From: a virus
Taxonomy: Duplodnaviria; Caudoviricetes
Strand: one strand, 5' to 3'
IMG/VR virus record: IMGVR_UViG_3300010299_000005
Coordinates: 1-52,729 of that record
Length of the DNA stretch: 52,729 bases
Shown one piece after another: positions 26,281 through 36,084 of the stretch. Within the stretch, counting starts at the first letter, position 1. Each line of letters begins with the position of its first letter. The position numbers and the translations under genes were made by a program. The notes under the pieces were generated by a model, which saw nothing but the letters and a program-made list of their open reading frames with translations, was not told the DNA's origin and ran no database searches.

Positions 26281-28716
26281 ATGACCAGCAAGGATCTGCA
26301 GTTAATTAACGAAAAGTATCATCAAATATATGCGCAAAATCATGCGCAGCAAATATTGAATGAAGGCTCACGCCGTGATTTTCTTAAACAAGCAGTAGGA
26401 ACTGCTGCATCTTTAATAACTAATCCTGTTGCAAAGGCTGCTGATGTAGCTAAAAAAGTTGTTTATGACTTAACTGAAGATGTTTCTGTTACAAACATTC
26501 AACAAATTCTTTGGAGATCTGGCATTGTGCAGGGCTTTGGCGATGCTGCAGAGCAAAAACTAAATGCACTATCAAACAAGTTGCATCATGATTTTTTAAA
26601 TGGCAAAATTAACAAGCAAATTTTAGAAATGTTGATTGCATGTAGTGGAACTTATGCACCGTACATCGAACAAATTCAAAAACCAATTGTTGATGCATGC
26701 GTAGAAACAGCTAAAAAAAGCAATCTTGATCCAAGAGCATTTACTGATGAACATGATTATGAAGATGAGCATGGTTATGAAGATGAAGATGCATCTTTGA
26801 ATGATGCAGTAGATGGCGCTGCACATCGTGTGCATTATTATGACCCAACAGGTGAATTGATGGACTCTTTTTTTAAGAAAAAAAAATTTCGCAGCCTTGC
26901 GCGACCGCACATCAAAGATATTTTTGATTTGATTTTGCCTGGTGATATTACTATCAATGGCAAAGTCGTTGTTACTGCTGAAAAGGCCATGGAAAAAGGA
27001 ATTTTTAAGCCAGCAGAACATGTGGTAAAAACAATAAAACAAGACGCAAAAGATTTATTTAAAGCTTTGTTTTGGGATTTATATGATGAAAATCTTGGAA
27101 TGTCTAAAGTTGCAAGAAGGCAATATAAAAAAGAATTGCAGCAAAAGCAAGCAAAAACAAAAACAAAAGATAAACAAGCAAAAACAAAAACAAAAGATAA
27201 ACAAGCAAAAGCAAAAACAAAAGATAATATAGAGTATTCTCCTGCTGATTATTTAGGTGGTGCACCTGCGGGGGGCTCTGAACAACACGGCTACAAGCTT
27301 GCTGTTGATAATGTTAATATACATACACTGTACTTGCAAGTAATTAATGAAGGTACACAAATGGCTAAACAGCTTGTAGCTAATGGTAAATTATCGAAAG
27401 AAGATTTTAATAGACTCAAAGCCGTTGATCCAACAAAAGAAAAATTCAAATATGTTGATTGGATGGCAGCGCAATGGATTAAACAGCCCCAGCCTAATTT
27501 ACAAGCATTAACGAATGCAGTCAAAGAATTTGACAATTTAAGCAAAACCAACAGATTTGAGGGAGCAGCCAAAAACATTCAATTATATAAGTCATTAGAA
27601 GAATTAACAACTGCAATTGATGAATTAAAACAAAATAACGAAACAACATCCACTAAGCAACTAAAAGGAGATTATGATGTAGAGGTGAATAATGATGATA
27701 TTATAGTTGTTGCTCCAAGAACACATGCCGCATCAAGAAAGCTGGGATTATCAGAATTTAGATACAGAGTGAATCCTGCGACTGGCAAGCTAGTAGATTC
27801 AAATTGGTGCATAACATTTAACAACGATCAGCATTGGAATGAATATGTTTATGGTGAATATTATTCATTTTATTTTATACGCATAAAATCTGACAGATTA
27901 AAACAACTTTTATATAAACACGAAAAGTTCAACAGTAATCAATATTTGATAGTAGCAGTTGTTGTTGGGCCTGAAGATGGTAATCAATATGCCAAAGGGT
28001 TATCTGGTGTGACAGCTACCGACAAAACTATGCCTCAACAAGATTTTTCTGAATATTTAAAAATTATTGAACCGTTTTTAGATGGTAAAACCACAAAAGA
28101 TATATTTGTAGATAAAAAAATATATCTAGAACGCAACAAACAGCTTGGAATAAAATCACAGCAAAATTTAAAGGATTGGTTAGAAGGTAGGTATGAAGGT
28201 GAAATATTAGATTTAAGAAGCGCACCATTTACTACATTACCAAATAATATACGCTCTATAGACAGGGAAGTGGATCTAAGCGGTTCAAACATTAGTTCGT
28301 TGCAAAATATCGTTGAAGTGAATGGTAAATTAAATTTACAAAATTCAAAAATTGCCGCTTTAAATCCAGATAAATTAACAGTACATGGCATATTTCAATT
28401 ACAATATTGCAAAAATATTACAACCTTGCCACGAACCTTAAAGTGCAAGAGTTTAAACATTACAGGATCTGGAATAACATCATTACCAGATTATTTATAT
28501 ATAGATATTGTACTGAATATACAAGATACATCAATAAAAACTATTCCTCAAGGTCTTAAAGTTACCTATGGTTACTTCAAGGGATCTCAAATTGAAACAA
28601 TTCCTAGAGACTTTAAGTGTGAGCGCATCGATGTAAGAGATACACCTTTTGCTAGAAAATATTCATTACAGCAAATGAAAGAAATGTTGCCTAATGTACA
28701 GAGAATTAAAATATAA
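26281..28716 (+). CDS. multi-module protein with C-terminal leucine-rich-repeat-like region
   Basis: 811 aa; SRRDFLK motif, KQAKTKTKD x3, DPT..KY..W module and LDLRSAPFTTLP / LNITGSGITSLP repeats; TAAATA box. Confidence 0.8.
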   Translation: MTSKDLQLINEKYHQIYAQNHAQQILNEGSRRDFLKQAVGTAASLITNPVAKAADVAKKVVYDLTEDVSVTNIQQILWRSGIVQGFGDAAEQKLNALSNKLHHDFLNGKINKQILEMLIACSGTYAPYIEQIQKPIVDACVETAKKSNLDPRAFTDEHDYEDEHGYEDEDASLNDAVDGAAHRVHYYDPTGELMDSFFKKKKFRSLARPHIKDIFDLILPGDITINGKVVVTAEKAMEKGIFKPAEHVVKTIKQDAKDLFKALFWDLYDENLGMSKVARRQYKKELQQKQAKTKTKDKQAKTKTKDKQAKAKTKDNIEYSPADYLGGAPAGGSEQHGYKLAVDNVNIHTLYLQVINEGTQMAKQLVANGKLSKEDFNRLKAVDPTKEKFKYVDWMAAQWIKQPQPNLQALTNAVKEFDNLSKTNRFEGAAKNIQLYKSLEELTTAIDELKQNNETTSTKQLKGDYDVEVNNDDIIVVAPRTHAASRKLGLSEFRYRVNPATGKLVDSNWCITFNNDQHWNEYVYGEYYSFYFIRIKSDRLKQLLYKHEKFNSNQYLIVAVVVGPEDGNQYAKGLSGVTATDKTMPQQDFSEYLKIIEPFLDGKTTKDIFVDKKIYLERNKQLGIKSQQNLKDWLEGRYEGEILDLRSAPFTTLPNNIRSIDREVDLSGSNISSLQNIVEVNGKLNLQNSKIAALNPDKLTVHGIFQLQYCKNITTLPRTLKCKSLNITGSGITSLPDYLYIDIVLNIQDTSIKTIPQGLKVTYGYFKGSQIETIPRDFKCERIDVRDTPFARKYSLQQMKEMLPNVQRIKI
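27145..27227 (+). repeat. 27-bp tandem repeat x3 (KQAKTKTKD)
   Basis: Near-identical AAACAAGCAAAAACAAAAACAAAAGAT units. Confidence 0.9.
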
Positions 28717-28739
28717 TTAAGTTGCGAGAGTGTGTATTT

Positions 28740-28785
28740 TGTAAGTACAGTATTTACTAATATGCGCGGCTTAGTAGTTGGGTAA
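28740..28785 (+). repeat. 46-bp direct repeat, copy 2 (43/46 identical to copy 1)
   Basis: TGTAAGTACAGTATTTACTAATATGCGCGGCTTAGTAGTTGGGTAA. Confidence 0.95.
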
Positions 28786-28798
28786 ATAAATAACTAGG

Positions 28799-31636
28799 AT
28801 GAGAGATCCTGGATCATATAATATACCACAAACATATCTCTATACAAATGTAAGTGGTAATAGTGCTAATTGGAATAGTACTTATACTACTGTCGAGTCA
28901 AATAGTGCAACGTGGAGCGCGGGAAGTATACCACAAAATCTTTCATTTGATGAAGACTCTAACACCCTTTCTATAAGCTACGGAAACACAGTTAGCCTAT
29001 CTGCATTGAGTAGTAGTAATAGTGGAGATGTATTTGTAAATACTCTTGTTCGATCAAACAGTGCTAATTGGGATAGTGTATATACAAATGTTAACTCTAG
29101 TAGTGGTGATTGGAATTATCAAGGAAGTGATATAAAAGCATTAACTGCGAACTGGGAGAGTACATACACGATAATTAACAGCAGTAGTGCTAATTGGAAC
29201 GATGTTTACACAACAGTTTATGATACAAGTGGATCGTGGAACTATCAAGGCTCTGATGTAAAATCTCTTACTGCTAATTGGGATAATACATATACAACTG
29301 TTAACACAAACAGTGCTGCGTGGGGCGCGGGAGGTACACCACAGAATCTTTCATTTGATGAAAGTTCAAGTTTGCTTTCTATAAGCGATGGAAACACTGT
29401 TAGTTTATCTGCATTAAGTGGTAATGGACCTGCTGTTTTTGGTGACTATTTACCACTTTCGGGCGGCACATTGACTGGTGATTTAGAAATTCAAGGCGAT
29501 ATTACTGCTATTGATTCAATACAATTTACTTTGACAGCAGGTGTAGCTTCAGAACCAGGACTGTTGACATGGAATGCTGAAGAATCCACACTCAATTTAG
29601 GTATTAATGATAGCGTTACTTTGCAACTTGGTCAAGAGACATTGATTCAAGTTAAAAATACATCAGGTGAAATAATATATAATGGAATGCCAGTTTATGC
29701 TTCTGGTGCATCGGGAGGAGGCTCTGGTAACATTACTGTTAGTGCATATAGAGCGGGTGTAAATGATGTTAATGAGTTATATTTCTTAGGTGTTGCTACG
29801 CAAGATTTAGCTGATAATGATTTTGGCTTTATCACAACATTTGGTAAGGTTCGTGATGTTGTAGCGAGTCAAGTACAAGCAACAGATGATGTAGGTGCAT
29901 TGAGTGCGTGGCCAATTGGTACTATCTTGTACCCAAGTGCTACACAAGCAGGAAAATTTACATCTACACCACCAATAGCACCAAACAAAGATATACCAGC
30001 AGCAATGGTAATATCTGTAAATGGTAATAAACGTGGTTTCTTTGTTAGAGCTGAACATGGATATCATCTTGACGAATTGCATGATGTTGCAAATATAACA
30101 CCTGAAAACGACAATGTTCTAACATTTAATTCTTTATCAGGTGTGTGGTATCCAAAGGCTCTTGAAACAAATTACTTACCTCTATCAGGAGGTACACTAA
30201 CAGGAACACTTTCAACGACCGGAGAGGTTTACAGTCAGTCTGGCAATTCACAACAATGGAATTCAACATACACGAATGTTCAAACCAATAGCAGTAGTTG
30301 GAGTAGTGTATATTCATCTTTTAATACACAAAGTGCTGATAATACATCAGTTTATTCTACAGTTCAATCTAATTCTGCTGATACTTGGAATTATCAAGGT
30401 ACAGATGTAAAATCATTAACATCTAATTGGGAGAGTACATATACTACTGTTAACACAAGTAGTGCTCAGTGGGCAATTGATACATCAGTCGATACACAAT
30501 TAAGATCACTAACCTCTAATTGGGAGAACACTTATACATATTTTAGCGTACAAAGTGGTGACAATGCATCAGTTTACTCTACTGTTCAATCCAATAGTGC
30601 TAACTGGGATAGTACATATACAGAGTATTTAACACAGAGTGCTAATTATTATTCTACATATACAACAGTTTATGATACAAGTGGATCGTGGAATTATCAA
30701 GGAAGCGATATAAAATCATTAACCGCGAATTGGGAGAACACTTATACAACAGTTTATGATACAAGTGGATCATGGAATTATCAAGGCTCTGACGTAAAAT
30801 CATTAACCGCGAATTGGGAGAACACTTATACTGATTTCTCGGCTCAAAGCGCTAATAACACATCAGTATACACAACTGTTAATTCTAATAGTGCAACGTG
30901 GAGTGCTGGGGGAGGTGGCGGCGGATCTGGAGCAGATACTGCGGTAAGAGAACTGACAGCAAATTGGGAAAGCACATATACAACAGTCCAATCAGAAAGT
31001 GGTAACTGGGGCACAGGTGGTTCTCCTCAAACACTATCTTTCAACGACTCAAATGGAGTTTTATCTATTTCTAATGGTAATACTGTCAGTTTGTCCGCTC
31101 TAAGCTCAACACCCGTTGGATTATATAGAGATATATGGATTGGTGCAGGTGCAATGGTTCCAAGAACTACCAATGGTGCTGATCCTCAAACAGTAGAATT
31201 TGCTACAAATGGTGTAAATTTAGATGTTTTTGACTTTGATGCGGCGACAGAGGAAGGTGTTAATTTTTCTTTGGCAATGCCTGATGAGTGGGATTTAGGA
31301 ACAATAATGGTAAAATTTTATTGGACTGCTGCTAGTGGATCAGGATCTGTTGTATTTGGTATTAGAGCTAAAGCAAATTCTGATGATGATGCTATAGACT
31401 CTGCATATGGAACAGAACAGTTAGTAACAGACACTCTTATAACAGCGGACGATTCGCACATTTCATCTGCTTCGTCTGCATTGACAGTTGGTGGAACTCC
31501 TGCTCTTGGAGATTTAATAATTTTTGAAGTAACAAGAGAAGTAGGGGATGCAAGCGACACTCTTGGTGTTGATGCAAGATTGATTGGCGTATCTATACAA
31601 TATAAAGAACTAAATACTAATCCAGTAATATGGTAA
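28799..31636 (+). CDS. Ser/Thr-rich repetitive fibre protein
   Basis: Many (A/S)NW(E/D)STYTTV repeats, YLPLSGGTLTG x2 and PQNLSF..VSLSALS x3; TAAATA box. Confidence 0.8.
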   Translation: MRDPGSYNIPQTYLYTNVSGNSANWNSTYTTVESNSATWSAGSIPQNLSFDEDSNTLSISYGNTVSLSALSSSNSGDVFVNTLVRSNSANWDSVYTNVNSSSGDWNYQGSDIKALTANWESTYTIINSSSANWNDVYTTVYDTSGSWNYQGSDVKSLTANWDNTYTTVNTNSAAWGAGGTPQNLSFDESSSLLSISDGNTVSLSALSGNGPAVFGDYLPLSGGTLTGDLEIQGDITAIDSIQFTLTAGVASEPGLLTWNAEESTLNLGINDSVTLQLGQETLIQVKNTSGEIIYNGMPVYASGASGGGSGNITVSAYRAGVNDVNELYFLGVATQDLADNDFGFITTFGKVRDVVASQVQATDDVGALSAWPIGTILYPSATQAGKFTSTPPIAPNKDIPAAMVISVNGNKRGFFVRAEHGYHLDELHDVANITPENDNVLTFNSLSGVWYPKALETNYLPLSGGTLTGTLSTTGEVYSQSGNSQQWNSTYTNVQTNSSSWSSVYSSFNTQSADNTSVYSTVQSNSADTWNYQGTDVKSLTSNWESTYTTVNTSSAQWAIDTSVDTQLRSLTSNWENTYTYFSVQSGDNASVYSTVQSNSANWDSTYTEYLTQSANYYSTYTTVYDTSGSWNYQGSDIKSLTANWENTYTTVYDTSGSWNYQGSDVKSLTANWENTYTDFSAQSANNTSVYTTVNSNSATWSAGGGGGGSGADTAVRELTANWESTYTTVQSESGNWGTGGSPQTLSFNDSNGVLSISNGNTVSLSALSSTPVGLYRDIWIGAGAMVPRTTNGADPQTVEFATNGVNLDVFDFDAATEEGVNFSLAMPDEWDLGTIMVKFYWTAASGSGSVVFGIRAKANSDDDAIDSAYGTEQLVTDTLITADDSHISSASSALTVGGTPALGDLIIFEVTREVGDASDTLGVDARLIGVSIQYKELNTNPVIW
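30661..30830 (+). repeat. 84-bp tandem duplication (28 aa)
   Basis: YTTVYDTSGSWNYQGSD(I/V)KSLTANWENT x2, near-identical at DNA level. Confidence 0.9.
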
Positions 31637-34600
31637 TACTTCCAAATAGAAGAAAATCTTTTAGAGCTTCATCTACAGTTGAAGAAGAACCGGGAGATCC
31701 GTATTTCGATAACGTGGTCTTATTGCTGCATAATGACGAATCTAGCTTCTTAGATTCGTCTAGTTCTCCCGCAACAGTCACAGTCAATTCTGCAACATTT
31801 GATTCTAGCGTCAAAAAATGGGGAGCAGGCTCTCAATCAGCAAGAGCGAATAATAATATGCTCACTGTAACAGACGATGGAAGATTTGGTGTTACAACTG
31901 AGGATTGGACAGTGGAGTTATGGGTAGCTCCAGATTCAAGCAGCGGTTTTATCAATGGTCGAACGATTTTTTTATCGCAGTTTTTAAGAATAGGGGCTAG
32001 TGGAACGGATGATGTTCGGATTCAGATTTCTTTCAACGGTTTTGCAACAAGTACGGTTATAGGCACATCAGCTATAAACATGACGCTAGGCACATTTTAT
32101 TATGTGTCAGTAACTCGATCTGGCTCTAACTTCGAGTTCAGAATCAATGGCTCTCTTATTTCTTCGGCAACAATTGCCACTGCTCACGATGGTAGCGTTA
32201 GAGATGTAAATATAGGCGGAATCTATGGAAACATTAATTACTCACGCTCTTGGATTGATGATGTTCGTGTAACTGTGGGCGTAGCTAGGGATTGTACGAC
32301 TGTTCCAACGGCAGCATTCCCGAACTTCCGTGCCAACACATCTTTGCTCGTCCATGCTGATGACGCCGACGGTGCTACTTCCATTGTGGATTCCAGTTTT
32401 TGGAACCACACCATCACGGCGAATGGTAATGCAAAAATTCGCAACAAACCAAATTTTCCGACATCACTTTACCTTGATAATGGAGGCTCACTACAAATTC
32501 CTCATTCTTCGGAGTTTGATTTTGGAACTGGGGATTTTACCATTGAGTTTTGGTATGCTTTCCAGACTTTTCAATCAAACCAGACTATTTATGACAAGGG
32601 CTACGTAGGTGCGGGCGGAATAGTGATACAAAGCTACAGCGCCACTTCTCAATTTCGGACATACCTGAATGGAACCATGGTGGTGGCAACATGGACAAAT
32701 CCAACGAACAATGATTTGTGCCATCACGTCGTGACAAGAAAAGGAGAGACTGTCCTGATGTACAGGGACGGTCAATTAGTCGGGTCAGGGACATCGTCGG
32801 CATCACTCAGTAACTCAGATGATCTCTACATCGGAAAATACGGAGCAGCAAATTTGTATCCCGTTGTAGGACTTGTCGATGACGTGAGGATCACCAAGAA
32901 TGTCGCAAGATACACTTCATCGCATCCACCTGAAACCGAAACGTTGCCAGAAGATTCTGGTGATCCTTATTGGGACGATACAGTTCTTTTGCTGAAAATG
33001 GAGGGGGAAGACGGAGAATCCACTTTTACGGACTCATCGTCATTTGGTCATGTAGTAAGCACATCTGGCACACCACAAACCTCAACAGATCAAGCTAAAT
33101 TTGGAAACACCTCTTTGTCTGTAAATGGCTCTTCTTATTTGAGCATCGCAGACGATCCAGATTTGGAACTTGGTAATGGAGATTTTACTATAGAGTGCTG
33201 GTGCTACTCCACAAGCTCAAATTCGAGAACAATACTCTCCAGATGGACGAGTGGAAGTCTTAGCTGGTTTTTGGGGATTGGTCCCAGTTTAGGATTTTAT
33301 TACAACACTGGGTCAGCCATATATGCCATTCCCCTTACCACATGGCCAAAACTCAACGAATGGTTCAAAATCGCAGTCGTGCGGCAGGGCGCTTGGGTCG
33401 CTATGTTTATTGACGGTGAGATAGTCTCGAAACCCTATTACATGGGTACGGCGATCATAAACAACGGCACAGGACCTATTACTATAGGTGATGATGCTAA
33501 TTCTAATGCAGGATTTTACGGGTACATTGACGAAGTTCGCATTACTAAAGCGGCTCGTTATAATTTTGCTACATACGATATTCCTGCAACCAGACATCCT
33601 GTCGGGGTATCTGATCCAGAATGGTCAAACACCGCACTTCTGATTCAAGCAACAGGAGATGAAGGAGACACCGAAATAGTAGATAGCTCTTCGCACTCTC
33701 ATACTGTCACGGAAGACGGAAGTCTCCGCATCATTCGAAACCACAAGTTTGATGGTGCGATGCAGTTTGATTCTGTGAACGGGAATTTTTCAATTCCAGA
33801 CTCTCCAGCTTTTGATGTTGCGGACGAAGATTTCACTTTGGAGTTTTTCTTTCGCCCAGTTCATGTTCTGAGTGTTCAGGTTTTGTGTGTACAAAGAAAC
33901 TCAAATGCTGAGTATTCCCCGTTTCTGATTTTCCTTAATGGGTCGGTACTTTACACTTACTTTTCCGTTACTGGATCAGCATGGCTCTCTCCCATTTCTA
34001 TTGGAGGATTCACAGCTAACACAGAACATCACTATGCCCTAGTTCGTAGCGGTAGTTCTTTAAAAGTTTATATCGACGGTGTACAGACTGGCGTCACAAT
34101 CACAACGTCTGACCCTCTGTATAACGCAAGCTCTCCTGTCTACATCGGGTCCGACAACGGTTATGGTCGGTTCGGTGGCTACATGGATGAGATTCGACTT
34201 GTAAAAGGAGTAGCTGTTTACACTGAAGATTTTACACCTCCTGAATCGCCATTTGCAAAGGTAGAGATAGAGACAGATCCTTATTTTGGCGATGTGGTGT
34301 TGCTGCTCCATTGTGATGGAGACGATGAATCCACAACGTTTATTGATTCAAGCAGTTCTAGCCACACGATTACAGCTTACGGGGCCGAAGTAGATACCGC
34401 CGACAAAAAGTTCGGGACTGGCTCGGCTTTGCTTAATGGCGGCACAGATCGACTTCAAATCACTGATTCAACCGATTTCGATATTGGACTGAGTGCCGAA
34501 CCTTGGACATTTGAATGCTGGTTAAACCCTGCCAACATGTCTGGGCAGAAAGTTTTGTTTTCGAGGGGAGGGGGAACCAGCGGATGGAATGCGGTCAACG

Positions 34601-34953
34601 GCTGGATGTATGCATTTTTTCTTTTTAACGGTACCTTGTATTTTCAATACTGGAACGGCTCCACGTTCAGTTCTGGCTCTGCCTCCAGCGGTATGTCTGC
34701 GGGTACTTGGTATTATGTGGCTCTCGTCAGTGATGGCGCAAGCATCAAATGTTACATTGATGGCTCGCTGAAGTTTACCATTAATGCTGCGACCATTGTG
34801 AAACCGTCTGCGACGAATTTGACTGCGGTCGGTGGCGCTGCGAATGCCCAAGCTAACTCATCCGTCAACGGGCAGATGGATGATATACGGTTAACTAAAG
34901 GCATTGCTCGCGATGTAACCGCTGTTCCTACATCACCATTTCTCAATTATTAA
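31630..34953 (+). CDS. multi-LamG/concanavalin-A-domain fibre / receptor-binding protein
   Basis: About five repeats of DPY.D.VLLL...DSS...DFTIE.W...G.IDEVRITK. Confidence 0.88.
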   Translation: MVILPNRRKSFRASSTVEEEPGDPYFDNVVLLLHNDESSFLDSSSSPATVTVNSATFDSSVKKWGAGSQSARANNNMLTVTDDGRFGVTTEDWTVELWVAPDSSSGFINGRTIFLSQFLRIGASGTDDVRIQISFNGFATSTVIGTSAINMTLGTFYYVSVTRSGSNFEFRINGSLISSATIATAHDGSVRDVNIGGIYGNINYSRSWIDDVRVTVGVARDCTTVPTAAFPNFRANTSLLVHADDADGATSIVDSSFWNHTITANGNAKIRNKPNFPTSLYLDNGGSLQIPHSSEFDFGTGDFTIEFWYAFQTFQSNQTIYDKGYVGAGGIVIQSYSATSQFRTYLNGTMVVATWTNPTNNDLCHHVVTRKGETVLMYRDGQLVGSGTSSASLSNSDDLYIGKYGAANLYPVVGLVDDVRITKNVARYTSSHPPETETLPEDSGDPYWDDTVLLLKMEGEDGESTFTDSSSFGHVVSTSGTPQTSTDQAKFGNTSLSVNGSSYLSIADDPDLELGNGDFTIECWCYSTSSNSRTILSRWTSGSLSWFLGIGPSLGFYYNTGSAIYAIPLTTWPKLNEWFKIAVVRQGAWVAMFIDGEIVSKPYYMGTAIINNGTGPITIGDDANSNAGFYGYIDEVRITKAARYNFATYDIPATRHPVGVSDPEWSNTALLIQATGDEGDTEIVDSSSHSHTVTEDGSLRIIRNHKFDGAMQFDSVNGNFSIPDSPAFDVADEDFTLEFFFRPVHVLSVQVLCVQRNSNAEYSPFLIFLNGSVLYTYFSVTGSAWLSPISIGGFTANTEHHYALVRSGSSLKVYIDGVQTGVTITTSDPLYNASSPVYIGSDNGYGRFGGYMDEIRLVKGVAVYTEDFTPPESPFAKVEIETDPYFGDVVLLLHCDGDDESTTFIDSSSSSHTITAYGAEVDTADKKFGTGSALLNGGTDRLQITDSTDFDIGLSAEPWTFECWLNPANMSGQKVLFSRGGGTSGWNAVNGWMYAFFLFNGTLYFQYWNGSTFSSGSASSGMSAGTWYYVALVSDGASIKCYIDGSLKFTINAATIVKPSATNLTAVGGAANAQANSSVNGQMDDIRLTKGIARDVTAVPTSPFLNY

Positions 34954-34970
34954 TTTTTATAAATAAATCT

Positions 34971-35486
34971 ATGACCATATTAACATTCAATGAACTCGTT
35001 CGAAAAGAAAATGATCAAGCTGTAATAGACAAACTTCTTAGAAAGGGATGGTCTGTGAGAGAAGATCCTCCAAAAGTCGAGCATCCACCTATTCCAGACT
35101 ACGATCCAGATACCCAAACTGTGATTTATGACATGGAGACAAATACATATCAGATCGAAGATTTACCACAAGAAACGATAGATGAAATTGCTGCTCAAAA
35201 AGCTGAAAAAGCTAAAATCGACAATTTTAATTCGAAAATAAACGAAGGCTTCTTGGTGGAACCAGAAAACTTCGTTTTAAAACTAGAAGATGCAGACCGA
35301 TTTGCGTTTACCCAAATGCTTGCTCTAGTCAAAGAAGCTTTGGACTTGGGGTTGATAGACAACACTACAATTCAGACTATTGCAGACAAAGATGGCGCGA
35401 TACATGAAATTGCTACTTTGAGATTCAGACAAATTATGGTTCAATATGGAATGTATTACAAATCTTTGTGGGATTCTTTAAATTAA
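34971..35486 (+). CDS. putative fibre assembly/chaperone protein
   Basis: Position after the fibre gene; PDYDPDTQ motif and helical C-terminus; TATAAATA upstream. Confidence 0.5.
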   Translation: MTILTFNELVRKENDQAVIDKLLRKGWSVREDPPKVEHPPIPDYDPDTQTVIYDMETNTYQIEDLPQETIDEIAAQKAEKAKIDNFNSKINEGFLVEPENFVLKLEDADRFAFTQMLALVKEALDLGLIDNTTIQTIADKDGAIHEIATLRFRQIMVQYGMYYKSLWDSLN

Positions 35487-35487
35487 A

Positions 35488-35733
35488 ATGACAGATACAA
35501 TATTAAAAATACTATCTCTGATAATGCAAAAGTATGGACTCTGGGCAGTTACTGCTCTGCTATTGCTTGCTGCTTGTGCTTTTATGTATGTTGATTTGAG
35601 AGAGGCAAGAAAAGAAAATCACGATCTTCAGTTACAACAATTATACTGGATGCAGTCCACTAATTTTACATTGAATCAAATGCTTGAAGAACAGAAAAAA
35701 GCATTTACTATGACGCCATACCGACAAAATTAA
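35488..35733 (+). CDS. small membrane protein (holin-like)
   Basis: One TM helix YGLWAVTALLLLAACAFMYV followed by a coiled coil. Confidence 0.55.
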   Translation: MTDTILKILSLIMQKYGLWAVTALLLLAACAFMYVDLREARKENHDLQLQQLYWMQSTNFTLNQMLEEQKKAFTMTPYRQN

Positions 35734-36076
35734 TTGCAAGCATAGTGTCTGTATCTTCTTTATCTGTAAAGCACTGTGATACATCAACTATATATTGATT
35801 AGCAACAGCAATTTTACCGTGTGTCCACGCAGGCATTGTCTGTGTATTTTCTAGTGATTTTAATATTTCTTCTGCACGAGCAATAATTGATTTTAATCCG
35901 CCGCGCGCTATATCAATTTCATCTTGTTCATGATCTTCATCGACTTCTTCACAATTCTCATCTGGAACAGGTGATGTACTAAGCGGCATGCCTGACTCTT
36001 GATCAGCTTTCATTGTTATAGAATCTTGACTAACATAATTCTCCCAAATTTTTTCTAGTTCACCTGAATACTTCAT
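35708..36076 (-). CDS. acidic late protein
   Basis: MPAWTHGKIAVANQYI motif; TAAATA box. Confidence 0.7.
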   Translation of the reverse strand: MKYSGELEKIWENYVSQDSITMKADQESGMPLSTSPVPDENCEEVDEDHEQDEIDIARGGLKSIIARAEEILKSLENTQTMPAWTHGKIAVANQYIVDVSQCFTDKEDTDTMLAINFVGMAS

Positions 36077-36084
36077 ATGTTTAT

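Noticed and set aside
26011-28785. Diversity-generating retroelement TR/VR pair
   Set aside because: The repeat is at a gene 3' end and all three mismatches involve an A, but not all in the same copy. It is only 46 bp and no reverse transcriptase is in the window.
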